NCBI RefSeq assembly: GCF_963921235.1
Contig: NC_086097.1
Span: 140,864,001-140,928,000 of the forward strand
Reading direction: 5' to 3'
DNA length: 64,000 nucleotides
Origin: Mobula hypostoma
Lineage: Eukaryota
The notes beneath the pieces were generated by a model that had not been told where the DNA came from, searched no databases, and saw only the letters and a list, made by a program, of their open reading frames with translations. Position numbers and translations under genes: made by a program. This document shows, in pieces, positions 22,480 through 36,178 of this stretch. Each line of letters begins with the position of its first letter. The stretch's first letter is position 1.

Positions 22480-25065
22480 TAAGATGTAGCATTCGTGTAG
22501 GTAAAGCTAAGATACTACAATGGAGTTATATGATGGGAGTTATATGCTGGCATCGGATCTCTAACAAAGATGTGGGCTACCAATTACAAAAGGAGCCAGA
22601 AAAGGCATGTCAGAAAGGGAATATCACTATAGTCACAGGGAATTTCAGTCTGTTGGTGATTGAGAAAATCAGGTTGATGCTGGATCTCCAGAGGGGACTT
22701 TATCAGAATGTCCACAAGATGGCTTTATAGGGCAGCTCGTGGTTAAGCTACGAGGACATCGGCTATTCTATATTGGGCGTTGTGCTAGGAACCGCTACTA
22801 ATTAGCGAGCTTAGGGTAAAGGAACTCTTAGGTGACAGCGGTCATAATATGATAGACTTCATTCTACAATTTGAGTGGGAGAACCTAAAGTCAGACGTAT
22901 CAGAATTACCTTGGAGTAAAGAGAATTACAGAGGCTCGAGAGAGAAGCTGACCAAGATGACCAAGAGATTGGAAGAGGTCACAAGCAGGGATGAATGAAG
23001 AGCAGCAACGACTGGAATTTCTGAGAGCATTTCGGAAGGCGCAGGATAAGAAAAATAGCTATTCCAACGGCAAGGTGATACAACTGTGGCTGACAAAAGA
23101 AGTCAAAGCCAACATGAAAGCTAAAGAGAAGTAATATAAAAGCAAATAACAGAACATATAATAGAGCAAATATCTGTGGGAAGTTTGGTGATTGAGAAGC
23201 TTTTAAAATCTAACAGATAGCAACTAAAAATTTACAAAGATGGAATACGAAAATACGCTAACCAATAATATTAAAGAGGATACTTAAAGTTTCTTCAGAT
23301 AAATGAAGAGTCAATGAAAGTCGGGAATACATGTTCGACTGCTGGAAATTTATGCTCGAGAGGTAGTAATGGGATGCAAAGAATTGGAAGGTGAATCTAT
23401 AAAGTATTTTCCACCGGTCTTTACTATGGAAGACATTAACAGTGTGCTAGAAGTTCAAGACTGTCATGGGGCAGAAGTGACCGTAGTTGACATCACTAGC
23501 GAGAAGATCCTTAGGAAACTGAGAGGTCCGGCGTTAGATAAATCACCTCGACTAGATCGTTCACACTCCAGAGTTCTGAAAGAGGTAGCTGAAGTCATTG
23601 TGGAGGCATTAGAAATGACCTTTTAATAATCAATACATTCTGACATTGTCCTAGAGGACTGGAACATTGCTATTGTTAGACCACTCTTCGCAAGGGAAGA
23701 AGCAGAAGGAAAGAAAATATAGCCCAGTTAGGCTGACCTCAGTGGTTGGGAAGATGTTGGAGTCAATTGCTAATGATGTACTTTCGGGATAATTGGAGAC
23801 ACATGACAAATTAGTCTGAAGTCAGGTTGGTTCATTAAGGGAAAATCGTGCCTGGTAAAGCTATTGGAAAGCCTTAAAGCAATAATAAGCAGGATAGACA
23901 AAAGAGAATTAATGGATGTTGTGCAGTTGTTTTTTCAAAAACCTTTGACAAACTGCTGCACATCAGGCTGCTTAACCGGTTAAATACGACGGTACTGAGA
24001 CACAGATACTGGCAAAAACGGAGCATTGGATGATTGGCAGGAGGCACAGACCGGGAATAAAGGAATTTTTTTTCTGGTCGGCTGCCAGTGACGACTGGTG
24101 TTTCACACGTGTCTGCGTTGGGACCACTTCTTTTAACTTTCTATGTCAATGATTTCAACGACGGCTTGATGGCATAGTGGTCACGTGTGTGGAGAATAGG
24201 AAGATAGATGGAGTAACAGGTTGTGATAACAAGTAGAAGAACCACAGAAGGACTTCGACTGATTAGAAGAATGGCAAAGAATTGGCATATGGAATTCAGT
24301 GTCGGGGAAATGTACAGTCATGCACTTTGGTAGAAGCAATCAAAGCATGGACTATTTTCGAAATGGAGTGAAAATTCAAAATTCAGCGGTGCAAAGGGAC
24401 TTGGGCGTCCTCGTGCAGGACTCCCGAAAGGATAACTCGCAAGCTGAGTCCGTGGTGAGGAAGGCAAATATAGTGTTAGCTTTCATTTGAAGGCGACTAG
24501 AATATCAAAAGAAGTATGTAAAGTTTAGGCTCTATAAGGCACTGGTAAGGCCTCATTTGGAGTATTGTGAGCAGTTTTGGGCTCCTTATATAAGGAAAGA
24601 TCTGCTGACATTTGAGTGGTTTAGATGAGGTTCGCGAGGATGATTTTGGGAATGACCGGTTACCATCCGAGGACTGATTGATGGCTTTGTGCCTGTGTAC
24701 CCTGTAATTCAGATAAATGAGGGGGATCTCATGAAAACCTATCAAATGTTGAGTGGCCTCTGCAGAGTGGATGTGGAGAGGATAATTACCATTGTGGTGG
24801 CGGGAATCTTACACCAGAGGGCACAGAATGGAGGGCACCCATTTAGAATGGAGATGATGACGAAGTAATTTTGCTGGAGAGGGATGAGTCTGTGGAAGTC
24901 AATGGCATATGTGTCTGTGGAGTCCGAGTCATTGTGCTGAGGTTGATAGATTCTTGATTAGTCAAGGCATGAAGGGTTTCGGACAGAAGGCAGGAGATAG
25001 GGCTGAGAGGGAGATGGAGCAGACTCGAAGGGCTAAGTGGCCTAATTTATTGTCCTATATGTTAT
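22480..25065 (+). mobile_element. CR1-type LINE ORF2 remnant (paralogue of 2400-4995)
   Basis: Same degraded EN/RT fragments. Confidence 0.88.
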
Positions 25066-26446
25066 GATTTATGGATTTCATACAGGTTAGCTAAAAGGTG
25101 AATGGGCAGGTGCAATACTTTGGCTGCTTGCAGGGAGGGACGAATCGACAAGGGGACCACAAAAGGAACGATTGCTGTGGAAAGCGGAGAGGGGTGCAGG
25201 AGAGGTAAAGGTATGTTAAGTGGCGGATTACTTTGGAGATAGCAGAAGTTGTGGAGAATAATGTGTTCGATGCGGAGGCCCATCCGGTGGTAGGTAAGAG
25301 CAAGAGGAACACTATCACTGTTTAGGCGACGGGAAGACTTGGTGAGCACGGCCGTTAGGGAAATTGAGCAGATGTGGGTGAGTGCAGCGTCGATGGTGGG
25401 GCCAGGGAAGCCACATATCCCAGCTAAAATGCCTACTGTTTTTCATTTCCAGAGATGTTGCCTGACCTGCTGAGTTCTTCCAGCATGTTGACTGCTTTGC
25501 TTCTCTTTATCTTCAATGACAAGCGTATTGGTTTTTCATTGCAAGCAGAACTTCCCAGTTCCTGATGTTGGATTAGACTGTGTAATTGGTATTTCTTTGC
25601 AGTTTAACTATTCTATGCCTGCTAGTGTTTTCTATAATTACCTGTGTATGTAATCGTTCAGAGTGTCCTCAAGTGGTTACAGTTATTTTGTTTTATTTTG
25701 GAAGTTTGTTGATTCGCCATCTTCTTTCCCTTCCCTTTCTTCATGGGCATTAGACTTTTGCTACTCTCCCTTTCCAATTCCTTTATTCTCCTGGAGCCTA
25801 TTGCCACAATCATGGAGCCCTTCGTTTCATATTTCGTTCTTGACTTCTGAAAGACCCTTGGATCAAAAACATCAGAATCCAACACTGCTATCTCTCCACC
25901 AATAGTGACCATTTTAAGGTTGTGCATTTTACTGACATTCAATGAAGATGAAGGAGAAAAGAGAAGTCACGAACGGTGATCTAGTAAATAAGAACGTAAG
26001 AACTTCAGAAATGGGAGAAGGAGTACGCCATCTGACCCATCAACCCCGATGCACCATTCCATGAAACAATGACTCAGCTCCACCTATCTGTCTTTTCTAA
26101 CCTCAATTCCTCGACTAATTAAAACTCTGTCTATGTATTAACTATATTTAATGAGGTAGCACCTACTGCCTTCCTAGCTAGAGAATTACGCAGATTCGCC
26201 TCAGTAGTCCCAGTCGGCTCTCTCTCTTCTCATAGGCCAACCCCTCCCCCCAACTCCACCTTCAGAACTAACCGAGTAACGCGCTTCTGTATCACCTACA
26301 AAGCTAGTATATCTTTTCTCAAGTACGAGATCCGAAATATAGGCAGTACTCCAGATGTGGCCACACCAGTAACCCGTACAGTTGCTGTCCTCTATCCATG
26401 CTAATACATGACCCCCAAACCATGCATCCATCTACAGATAAATTGG

Positions 26447-28091
26447 TCATAGAAACATAGAAACAAAGAAAGCCTACAATGCAGGCCCTTCGGCCCACAA
26501 AGCTGTGCCGAACATGTACTTACTTTAGAAATTACCTATGGTTACCCATAGCCCTCTATTTTTCTAAGCACCATGTACCTATCCAGGGATCTCTTAAAAT
26601 ACCCTATCTTATCCGCCTCCACCACGGTCGCCGGCAGCCCATTTCACGCACTCACCATTCTCTGCGTAAAAAAAAATTACCCCTGACATCTCCTCTGTAC
26701 GTACTTCCAGGCGCATTAAATCAGTGCCCTCTCGTGTTAGCCATTTCAGCCCTGGGAAAACAGCCTCTGACTATCGATATGATCAATGCCTCTCAGCATC
26801 TTATACACCTCTATCAGTTCACCTCTTATTCTCCTTCGCTCCAAGGAGAAAAGGCCGAGTTCACTCAACCCATTCAGATAAGGCACGCTCCCCAATCCAG
26901 GCAACGTTCTTGTGAATCTCCTCTGAACCCTTTCTGTGGTTTCCATATTCTTCCTGTAGTGAGGCGAGCAAAACTGAGAACAGTAATCCAGGTAGGGTCT
27001 GACCAGGAACCTATATACATTAACTCTTGGCTCCTAATCTCAATCCCACGATTGATGAAAGCCATGCACCGTATGCCTTCTTAACCACAGAGTCAACCTG
27101 CGTAGCAGCTTTGAGTGTCCTATGGATTCCGACCCCAAATCCTTCTGAACCTCCACACTGCCAAGAGTCTTACCATTAATAATATATTCTGCCTTCATAT
27201 TTGACCTAGCAAAATGAACCACCTCACACTTATCTGGGTTGAACTCCATCTACCACTTCTCAGCCCAGTTTTGCATCCTATCGATATCCTGCTGCAACCT
27301 CTGACAGCCCTCCACTATCCACAACACCCCCAACATTTGTGTCATCCGCAATTAAACTAACCTATCCCTCCGCTTCATCATCCAGGTAATTTATAAAAAT
27401 CAGAAAGAATACGGGTCCCAGAACAGATCCCTAAGGCACACCATTGGTTACCGATCTCCATGCAGAATATGAGCCGTCTACAACCATTCTTTGCCTTCTG
27501 TGGGCAAGCCAATTCTGAATCCACAAAACAATTTTCCCTTGGATCTCACGCCTCCTTACTTTCTCAATAAGCCTTGCATGGGGTACCTTGTCAAATGCAT
27601 TGCTGAAATGTATATACACTACATCTACTGCTCTACATTCATCAATGTGTTTAATCACATCCTGAAAAAATTCAATCAGGCTCGTAAGGCACGATCTGCC
27701 TTTGATAATACCATGCTGACTATTTCTAATCATATCAATTCTCTCCAAATGTTCATCAATCCTGCCTCTCAGGATCTTTTCCATCAACTGATCAACCACT
27801 GAAGTAGGTCTCACTGGTGTATAATTTCTGCGCTATCTCTACTCCCTTTCTTGAAAAAGGGAACAACATCTGCAACCCTCCAATCCTCTAGTACCTCTCC
27901 CGTCCTCATTGATGATGCATAGATCATCACCAGAGGCTCATCAATCTCCTCTCTCGCCTCCCACTGTAGCCTGGGGTATATCTCTTCCGGCCCCTTGACT
28001 TACCCAACTTGATGCTTTCCAAAACCCCGGCACAGCCTCTATCTTTATGGTAAAGCTTTTCAGTCCGCTGTAAGTCATCCCTACAATCATC
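26447..28091 (-). mobile_element. CR1-type LINE 3' half (paralogue of 6397-8051), cut by a Penelope insertion
   Basis: KGRSCLTSLIEFF, FDKVPH, TERVQRRFTRTLPGL, ATAGAAAC tail. Confidence 0.9.
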
Positions 28092-28189
28092 AAACAACGG
28101 GAATTCTGCAGATGCTGGAAATTCCAGCAACACACATCAAAGTTGCTGGTGAACGCAGCAGGCCAGGCAGCATCTCTAGGAAGAGGTAC

Positions 28190-28225
28190 AGTTGACGTTT
28201 CAGGCCGAGAGCCCTCGTAAGGACT
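28190..28225 (-). ncRNA. Hammerhead ribozyme motif with mutated core (CUUACGA)
   Basis: Minus strand AGTC-CTTACGA-GGGCTCTCGGCCT-GAAAC-GTC-AACT; the catalytic-core G5 is replaced by U. Confidence 0.65.
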
Positions 28226-28518
28226 AACTGAAGGAAGAGTTAGTAAGAGATTTGAAAGTCGGAGAGGGAGGGGAGATCCAAAATGATAGGAGAAGACAGG
28301 AGGGGGAGGGATGGAGCCAAGAGCTGGACAGGTGATTGGCAAAGGGGATACGAGAGGATCCTGGGACAGGATGTCCAGGGAGAAGGAAAAGCGGGGTGGA
28401 AACCCAGAGGATGGGCAAGGGGTATAGTTAGAGGGACAGAGGGAGAAAAAGGAGAGTGAGAGAAAGAATGCGTGTATAAAAATAAATAACGGATGGGGTA
28501 CGAGGGGGAGGTGGGGCA

Positions 28519-29780
28519 TTAGCGGAAGTTAGAGAAGTCGATGTTCATGCCATCAGGTTGGAGGCTACCCAGACGGAATATAAGGTGTTGTTCCTCCAAC
28601 CTGAGTGTGGCTTCATCTTTACAGTAGAGGAGGCCGTGGATAAACATGTCAGAATGGGAATGGGATGTGGAATTAAAATGTGTGGCCACTGGGAGATCCT
28701 GCTTTCTCTGGCGGACAGAGCGTAGGTGTTCAGCAAAGCGGTCTCCCAGTCTGCGTCGGGTCTCGCCAATATATAGAAGGCCACATCGGGAGCACCGGAC
28801 GCAGTATATCACCCCAGCCGACTCACAGGTGAAGCGTCGCCTCACCTGGAAGGACTGTCTGGGGCCTTGAATGGTGGTAAGGGAGGAAGTGTAAGGGCAT
28901 GTGTAGCACTTGTTCCGCTTACAAGGATAAGTGCCAGGAAGGAGATCAGTGGGGAGGGATGGGTGGGACGAATGGACAAGGGAGTCGCGTAGGGAGCGAT
29001 CCCTGCGGAAAGCAGAGATAGAGAGGGGTGAGGGAAAGATGTGCTTAGTGATGGGATCCCGTTGGAGGTGGCGGAAGTTACGGAGAATAATATGTTGGAC
29101 CCGGAGGCTGGTGGGATGGTAGGTGAGGACCAGGAGAATCCTATTCCTAGTGGGGTGGCGGGAGGATGGAGTGAAAGCAGATGTACGTGAAATGGGGGAG
29201 ATGCGTTTGAGAGCAGAGTTGATAGTGGAGGAAGGGAAGCCTCTTTCTTTAAAAAAGGAGGATATCTCCCTCCTCCTGGAATGAAAAGCCTCATCCTGAG
29301 AGCAGATGCGGTGGAGACGGAGGAATTGCGAGAAGGGGATGGCATTTTTGCAAGAGACAGGGTGAGAAGAGGAATAGTCCAGATAGCTGTGAGAGTCAGT
29401 AGGCTTCGAGTAGACATCAGTGGATAAGCTGTCTCCAGTGACAGAGACAGAAAGATCTAGAAAGGGGAGGGGGGTGTCGGAAATGGACCAGGTAAACTTG
29501 AGGGCAGGGTGAAAGTTGGAGGCAAAGTTAATAAAGTCAACGAGCTCAGCATGCGTGCAGGAAGCAGCGCCAATGCAGTCGTCGATGTAGCGAAGGAAAA
29601 GTCGGGGACAGATACCAGAATAGGCACGGAACATAGATTGTTCCACAAAACCAACAAAAAGGCAGGCATAGCTAGGACCCATACGGGTACCCATAGCTAC
29701 ACCTTTAGTTTGGAGGAAGTGGGAAGAGCCAAAGGAGAAATTATTAAGAGTAAGGACTAATTCCGCTAGACGGACCAGAG
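28519..29780 (-). CDS. Penelope-like RT / GIY-YIG endonuclease, C-terminal ~420 aa (frame open upstream of the listed Met to ~29780)
   Basis: QTKGVAMGTRMGPSYACLFV, FLRYIDD, VYSKPT, CESAGVIYCVRCSRCGLLYIGETRRRLGDRFAEH. Confidence 0.92.
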
Positions 29781-29781
29781 T

Positions 29782-29993
29782 CCCCCCTTGTTCAATCCCT
29801 TCTTAGCTATGTTCGTGACACTTCTCACGCTCTTAAACTTTTCGATGATTTTAAGTTCCCTGGCCCCCATCACTTTATTTTCACCATGTATGTCCAGTCC
29901 CTATATACTTCCATCCCCCATCAGGAAGGTCTCAAAGCTCTCCGCTTCTTTTTGGATTCCAGACCTAATCAGTTCCCCTCTACCACCACTCTG
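29782..29993 (+). mobile_element. Inverted 5' segment of the same Penelope element
   Basis: + strand reads PLVQSLLSYVRDTSHALKLFDDFKFPGPHHFIFTMYVQSLYTSIPHQEGLKALRFFLDSRPNQFPSTTTL, the RT region directly upstream of LVRLAELVLTLNNF. Confidence 0.88.
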
Positions 29994-31770
29994 CTTGGTC
30001 AAGCTGAAGGAGAATCCTAAGGGATTCTACAGATACGTTACGAGCAAGAGGTTTGCAAGGGACAAAATTGATCCTCTGGAAGAACAGATGGTAATCTATA
30101 CGTGCAGCCAAACGAGATGGGAGAGATCTTAAATGGCTTTTGTCTTTGCATTTGTATTTATATAGAACATAGAACATAGAATAGTACAGACAGTACAGGC
30201 CCTTCGGCCCACAATGTTGTGCCGACCATCAAACTCTGCCTCCCATATAAGCCCCCACCTTAAATTTCTCCATATACCTGTCTAGTAGCCTCTTAAACTT
30301 CACTAGTGCATCTGCCTCCACCACTGACTCAGGCAGTCAGGAGGTGGACACAGAGTCTTTGGGAGTGAGGCAAATCTGCGGCGAGGTCATGGACCGTGAA
30401 CATATTACGAGGAATCGGTGTTTGCTGTCCTGAGGCATAATACTATGGATAAATTTCCAGGGACTGAGAAAGAGTTCTTTTGCACCCTCTGGGAGGAGAT
30501 TGCAGAAATTGCAGGGCCCAAGCAGAGATATTTAGATAATTCTTAACGAGAGGTGGGATACCGGAAGTTTGCAGGGTGGCTAATGTTGTTCTGCTGTTTA
30601 AGAAAGGCTCTAAGTGTAAAGCAGGAAATATAGACTGGTGAGGCTGACATCAGCAGTAGGAAATTTACTGGAAAGTATTCTAAGGGATCGGACTATGAGT
30701 ATTTGGATAGATATGGACTGATTAGGCACAGTCAGCGTGGCTTTTTGCGTGGTAAATTGTGCCTAGCCATTTCTGTAGAGATTTTATTTAGGAGGTTACC
30801 AGGAATGTTGATGAAAGCAAGGCAGTGGATACTGTCTACATGGAGGGTAGTGAGACATTTAACAAGCTCCCGCATGGAAGGTTGGTTGTGAAGGTTCAGT
30901 TGTTTGGCATTCAAGATGAGGTAGTAAATTAGCTTAGACATTGTCTTTGTAGGAGAAGCCATAGAATAGTAAAGATGCTTTCCTCTCTGATTGGAGACAT
31001 TTGACTTGTGGCGCACCGCAAGGGCCAATGTTGGGTAGGTTCATTGTCATCGGTAGCAAGGATCTGGATGACAATGTGATTAACTGAATCAGCAAATTTG
31101 CGAATGACACCAAGATTGGAAGTGTTGTGAAAAGCGAGGATGACTATTATAATTGTAGCAGGATCCGGACCAGCTGGAAAATGGGCGGGAAAATTACAGG
31201 TAGAATTTAATGCAGACAAGTGCGAGGTGTTGCACCTCGTTGGGGCCAAACAAAGTAGGTCTGAGGAGTGTAGAGATAAAGGGATCTGGGGATACAGGTC
31301 CTTAATTTATTGAAAGTGGCGTCACGGGTAGATATGGCTACAACGAAAACTGTTAATACATTGACCTTCGTACATCAAAGGATTCAGTACAGAGAATGAT
31401 ATGTTAAGTTGAATTTGCGTAAGATATTCGTCAAGCCTAATATGGAGTATTGTGCGCAGCTTTGCTCAGCTACCTACAGGAAAGACTGAAGGAATGAATA
31501 TAAAAATTGCCAGGAAATTGCCAGGACTAGAGAAACCGAATTATAAGGAAAGGTTGTATAGGTTAGAACTTTGTTCCTTGGAACATAGAAGGTGAAACAG
31601 AGATTTGAAAGAGGTATCCAAAATTATGAAGGGTATAGATTGGCTTTTCCCACTCAGGTTGGGTGTGTCTACAACTACAGATGATTGGTTAAGAGTGAAA
31701 GGTGAAAAATTTCATAGGAACATGAAGGGAAACTTCTTCACTCGTTCATTTGGGAGTAGAACGAACTGTC
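29994..31770 (+). mobile_element. CR1-type LINE remnant (paralogue of ~10517-12150), with a 178-bp antisense CR1 tail inserted at ~30160-30337
   Basis: KLKENPKGFYRY and collinear RT fragments. The insert starts with ATAGAAC repeats and is absent at 10688. Confidence 0.85.
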
Positions 31771-32748
31771 AGCGCCACTGGTAAATGTGAGCTCCATTTC
31801 GATGTTCCATCAGGGAGACGTTTGGCAGCACTGTGGACACTGCGAGGCACATTAATATCAATGACAGTGAGGTAGGAAATCAGCTGCGAGGGTGAGGCAG
31901 GGTGAGGAAAAACTCAGAGCTTCCATCAGGAACAAGTTAGAGAGCAGTCTATACACTGATTAACATGGCGAAACCGCGGAGGACACTATTTCATTCGGAG
32001 TTTGAGGAGATGTGGTGTGTCAGCAGAGACTCCTGCAGTACTTTTACAGATATACCACGGAGAATATTCAGCTTGTTTGGAGCCTGCAATACAAGAGGTT
32101 GTAGAGGGTTATCGACTCAACCAGCTCCCTCACGGGCACAACCATCCCCGCCATCGAAGACATTTTATGAGACTCTCCTTCAACAGGACGCAGAGCTGAG
32201 CAAACAAACGTTGACATAAAGGCGGCGCTCCGGATCCAGTGCCCACGCAAACGAGAATATTGAGGAGATCATACTGAGAGGTTCGGCAACAGACAGGAGG
32301 GTTTTACTGACAGTGGGGAACTAGGAGGTGGAACGAGATTGGTAAAGACCAGAGGATAACGTTGGTAGATATATTTCTGAAATTTCGACCAGAAACTTTA
32401 AATCTGCATCAATCCTCTAAAATTGCCTGGCTTGCTGGGTATTTCCATAACTTCCTGGTCTTGTTTAAGATAAAGATTAGTTTTAATCGGAATGAATTGT
32501 GCAAACCGGACCGCGAGGTCGAGTGATATTGAGGGATATTCAAGCCAACCTCCCCAAATTATGAAAGGATGAAGTGAACTGTGGCAAGCCCCGCCCCTGG
32601 CAGCCGTTCCCTAAGAAAGGCGGCGCTACCAGCTTCATGTAAAGAAGACACGGTTCATGGTAGCAACTGAGGCGGGTTTAGCCCCGAAAACAAAAGCTAA
32701 TAAACTGCGCATCTTTCAGATTCTAAACACTGACCCGGTGCAACAAGC

Positions 32749-33172
32749 ATGTGGCCGGGTCCCTGGTTCGTGGTGCTGCTTTTCAGATGTGCGTTACCAA
32801 CACCTCTTCAATTTCATTGCTCCTTCCCGCCGCGCAGATTCTTTTACCGTTTTCTGCTCTTTTTGCAGGTGAAAGTGTGGCTCAGACCCTCAGTCAGTCC
32901 AGAGCATCGATTACCGCACCTGTCGGGAAAGCTGTGAGCGTTCGGTGTCAAGTGAAAGACATCTCCGTCAGCAGCAGTAATCCCCTTCACTGGTACCAAC
33001 AGAAACCCGGCAAACCGCTCCAAAGGATACTCTACTATGGAGATAGCGTAACGCGGGATTCGGAATTCGGAAAATCCTTCAGCGCGGGAAAATCATCAGA
33101 TTCCAAATTCTATCTCACAATCGAAGTTAACGCTGAAAGCGCTGCCACCTATTACTGCGGCTACTGGGTTAA
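32749..33172 (+). CDS. TRGV: V3: TCR gamma-type V segment, open. Leader 32749-32788 (MWPGPWFVVLLFR), intron 32789-32868, V exon 32869-33172 (..ATYYCGYWV)
   Basis: Same architecture as V1; no stops or frameshifts. Confidence 0.85.
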
Positions 33173-33210
33173 CACAGTATGTAATAGCTAACAAGCTCAG
33201 CACAAAAACC
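33173..33210 (+). promoter_or_regulatory. RSS of V3 (CACAGTA-22 nt-ACAAAAACC)
   Basis: Heptamer 33173-33179, nonamer 33202-33210. Confidence 0.95.
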
Positions 33211-35337
33211 TCGACAAGCAGCCAGTCAAAGGGAATCGCGGATCCGGACGCTACAGCTTACCTATATCTGCCGGGCAGGAGTTGGGCTGTTTTAGTTTTA
33301 GTGATGAGGTTGCAGCCCATCCCTGATTCACTTAATGCAGGAAAGGTAGACCAACTTGTTTGTTAGAGTGCACTGAGCACGGAACATTGCAGGAACCTGC
33401 AGCGCTGTCATGGGCATCGTACAGGTCCCATGGAATACAGTTTTGAATTTGTTCACGACTGAGAGAATTGGATTCGGCAAACGCTTTGAGATAAGTCAAT
33501 ATCCCGACTGCAGCTATGAACACCTGTGGTGAAGAACCTGTTATGCCTTTAGGTGAGCTGCTTTCATTCAGTTACAGTATCGACCCATTAGGAGGAAAAA
33601 TTACGTGCCTTGAGACCGACGCTGTTACAACTCAGGGTGTGGGAATTTAGAATTCTGTCTGCCGCAGTCTGTAAGGAGTCTCTGTAGCTTCTCCCCTGGA
33701 ATGCATGGATTTTCCTCGGGTGCTCCGGTTTCCTCTCACTGCCGAAAGACATACCGAGTAGGTTAACTGAGCATTGTAAACTGTCCTGTGATTAGATTAG
33801 GGTTCATCGAGGTTGTCAGGGGTCGCTGTAGCTGCGAGACTTGAGGATCCGGAAGGGGCTATTCTGCACTGTATCGCTAAGTAAACAAGTAAAATTACCT
33901 AGTGATGTTCTGTTCATATAAAGCCAGACAAATCCAATTCTACTATTTACAGCACAAAACAGGGACCAAAGAACTGTACTCTAGAGATGAGGTGAGAGTG
34001 ACTGCTTTTGATAACAGGACAATATTTGGTTTATGTAGCTCACAGGAGCCTGAGAAAAACTCAAGTCAATGGGCATTAAGTGGAGTTCACTCCAAGCATC
34101 GCAGATAAACGGGCGGTTTCAAGTTATTTTTTTCCTAGACCTGTGCATTTACTAAACTTTGGATCTTGTCACAAGTGTCCAGGCATTGTCAATCTTCAAC
34201 AAGTGTTTCCAATTAACTACCCTTGATATTCAGTGACCATAAATACAACTGGACCAGCCACCCAACACGTATACCCGCAGGAAAAAGAATCTCAAGGCTG
34301 TATATGGTGACATGTATGAAATTTGATAACAAATTCAACTTTGAACTTTGAATGTGATTGATTATTCTGGGGCAAGCAACACATTTTCTGATATTTCAAA
34401 GCCTCTCCATTTTCTGTGAAACAAATTAGGGGTGTTAAGACGTACTTTCTATTTAGGTGTACGAGCTTGTCTCAAAGAACATTAAAGACACTCAACGCAA
34501 TCCAAAACAAAGCAAGCCCTTTCATTAACAGCAACCAACCGTGCTGAAGATTCATTCTTGTTACCAGCTACACTGAATATTTGTAAGACATCCAGGCTAT
34601 AAATGCAAGGGAATTTCTGATAGCGCCTCTCAAGCTCACCATCTACTGTTCCCAATTTTCCTCAAATAGTATAGATTGCCTCGCCAAAGACTGGGGCGGC
34701 ATGCTATCGTAGTGCTGAGCACTGGGCTAATTCCCGCCGCCGCCTGTAAGTAGTTTGTATTTTCTCTCCGTTCTTCTGGTTGCTCTGGTTCCCTCTCAAA
34801 TTTTAAAGTCGTACCGGCTGGTAAATTACTTGGTCATTGTATATTGTCCCGTGATTAGCACAGGATTAAATCGGGGATTGCACGAAGTGCCAGAAGGGCC
34901 TGTTTCGTGCTGAATCTCAAAAAATAATTTAAAAAGAGAGGAAACTCTTGATCTGTTGTTGAAAAATTCGGCGGAGCAAGTGACTGGCCATCAGGTTAAA
35001 GTTCTAGATTGGTGAAAGGCTAATTTTGAAGGCATTAGACGGGATTCTGCAAAAGGTGATCGGGAGAAGCTGTTTGCAGGTAAGGGGAGTGGCAGGCGCC
35101 CGGAAGTGTGATAGGCAGTGTTCAGAGACAGCATAAGACCATAAGACATAGGAGCAGAATTAAGGGATTTGGCCCAAAGAGTCTGTCCCCCATTCCATCA
35201 TCGTTGATTTTTACCCCCTCTCAATGCCATTCTCCTGATTTCTCCCCGTAACCTTTGATACCCTTAGCAATCAAGAGCTTACCTCATTTAAGTGTAGCAT
35301 GTTAGATTGAAGGCCAATGCTGGCAGGATTATGGAAC

Positions 35338-35527
35338 AACACAGATAGAAGTTGCTGGTGAACGCAGCAGGCCAGGCAGCATCTCCAGGAAGAGGTACAG
35401 TCCCGTTTCGGGCCGAAACGTCGACTGTACCTCTTCGTAGAGATGCTGCCTGGCCTGCTGCGTTTACCAGCAACTTTTATGTGTGTTGCTAGAAATTCCA
35501 GCATCTGCAGATTTCCAAGTGTTTGAA
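35338..35527. mobile_element. Palindromic Penelope-terminus insertion, centre inverted relative to the unit 2 copy
   Basis: TSDs GATTATGGAAC 35327-35337 and GATTATGGATC 35528-35538; centre CAGTCCCGTTTCGGGCCGAAACGTCGACTG. Confidence 0.88.
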
Positions 35528-35988
35528 GATTATGGATCCCCAACTGATGAGGGATATTGAGGGTATCTTCAGGGAAAAAGGAGAATATATGTCAAGTATT
35601 GTCAGTTGGGATCAAGTGAATCCTCTGAGGCATATAAAAGGTATAAGAGTACACTTAAGAGGAAAATAAGGAGGACAACCTCATCAGATACTTTTGGCAG
35701 ATAAGGCAAAGGGAAATCCGAAGATGTTCTATAAGAATATCAAAAGTGAAAAGGTAACCAGAACGACTGGGAATCACATGAGGTAGGGCGGGATCTTAAA
35801 TGAATATTTCTTATCTGCAATTTCCGTAGGAAACACCAGGAAAGCTACGAAATTCACGGTAGAGGATATGGTGAACTTGAGCTATATCGACATTACAAAA
35901 GGGAAGGTGCTGACAGTGTTAAAATGCATCAAGGTGGATACAGTCCCAGGACGAGACCAAGTTCATTCTATGACACCGTGGATAGGCA

Positions 35989-36178
35989 GGGAGCGGCGGG
36001 GTAGCGTAGTAGTTAGCACAACGCTTTACAGTACGGGTGGTCCGGGTTCAATTCCCGCCACTGCCTGTAAGCAGTTTGTACGCTCTCCGGGTGCTCCACT
36101 TTCCTCCTGCATTCCAAACATCTATTGTTGGTAGGAGAATTGGCCGATGTAAATCGCCTCGTGATGAGGCTAAGAATA
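35989..36178 (+). mobile_element. V-SINE (HE1-type), 3'-truncated by the duplication junction
   Basis: Paralogue of 16449-16712. Confidence 0.85.

Larger units (their letters stand above)
28092..29781 (-). mobile_element. Young 5'-truncated Penelope-like retroelement (RT C-terminal half, GIY-YIG, 3' UTR, terminal repeat)
   Basis: Uninterrupted reading frame. Terminus AAACAACGGGAATTCTGCAGATGCTGG. Absent from the other units. Confidence 0.95.
22266..36178 (+). repeat. Tandem duplication unit 3 (contains V3)
   Basis: Collinear with 2176-16638, except for the Penelope insertion/deletion at 28092-29993 and small indels. Confidence 0.9.
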
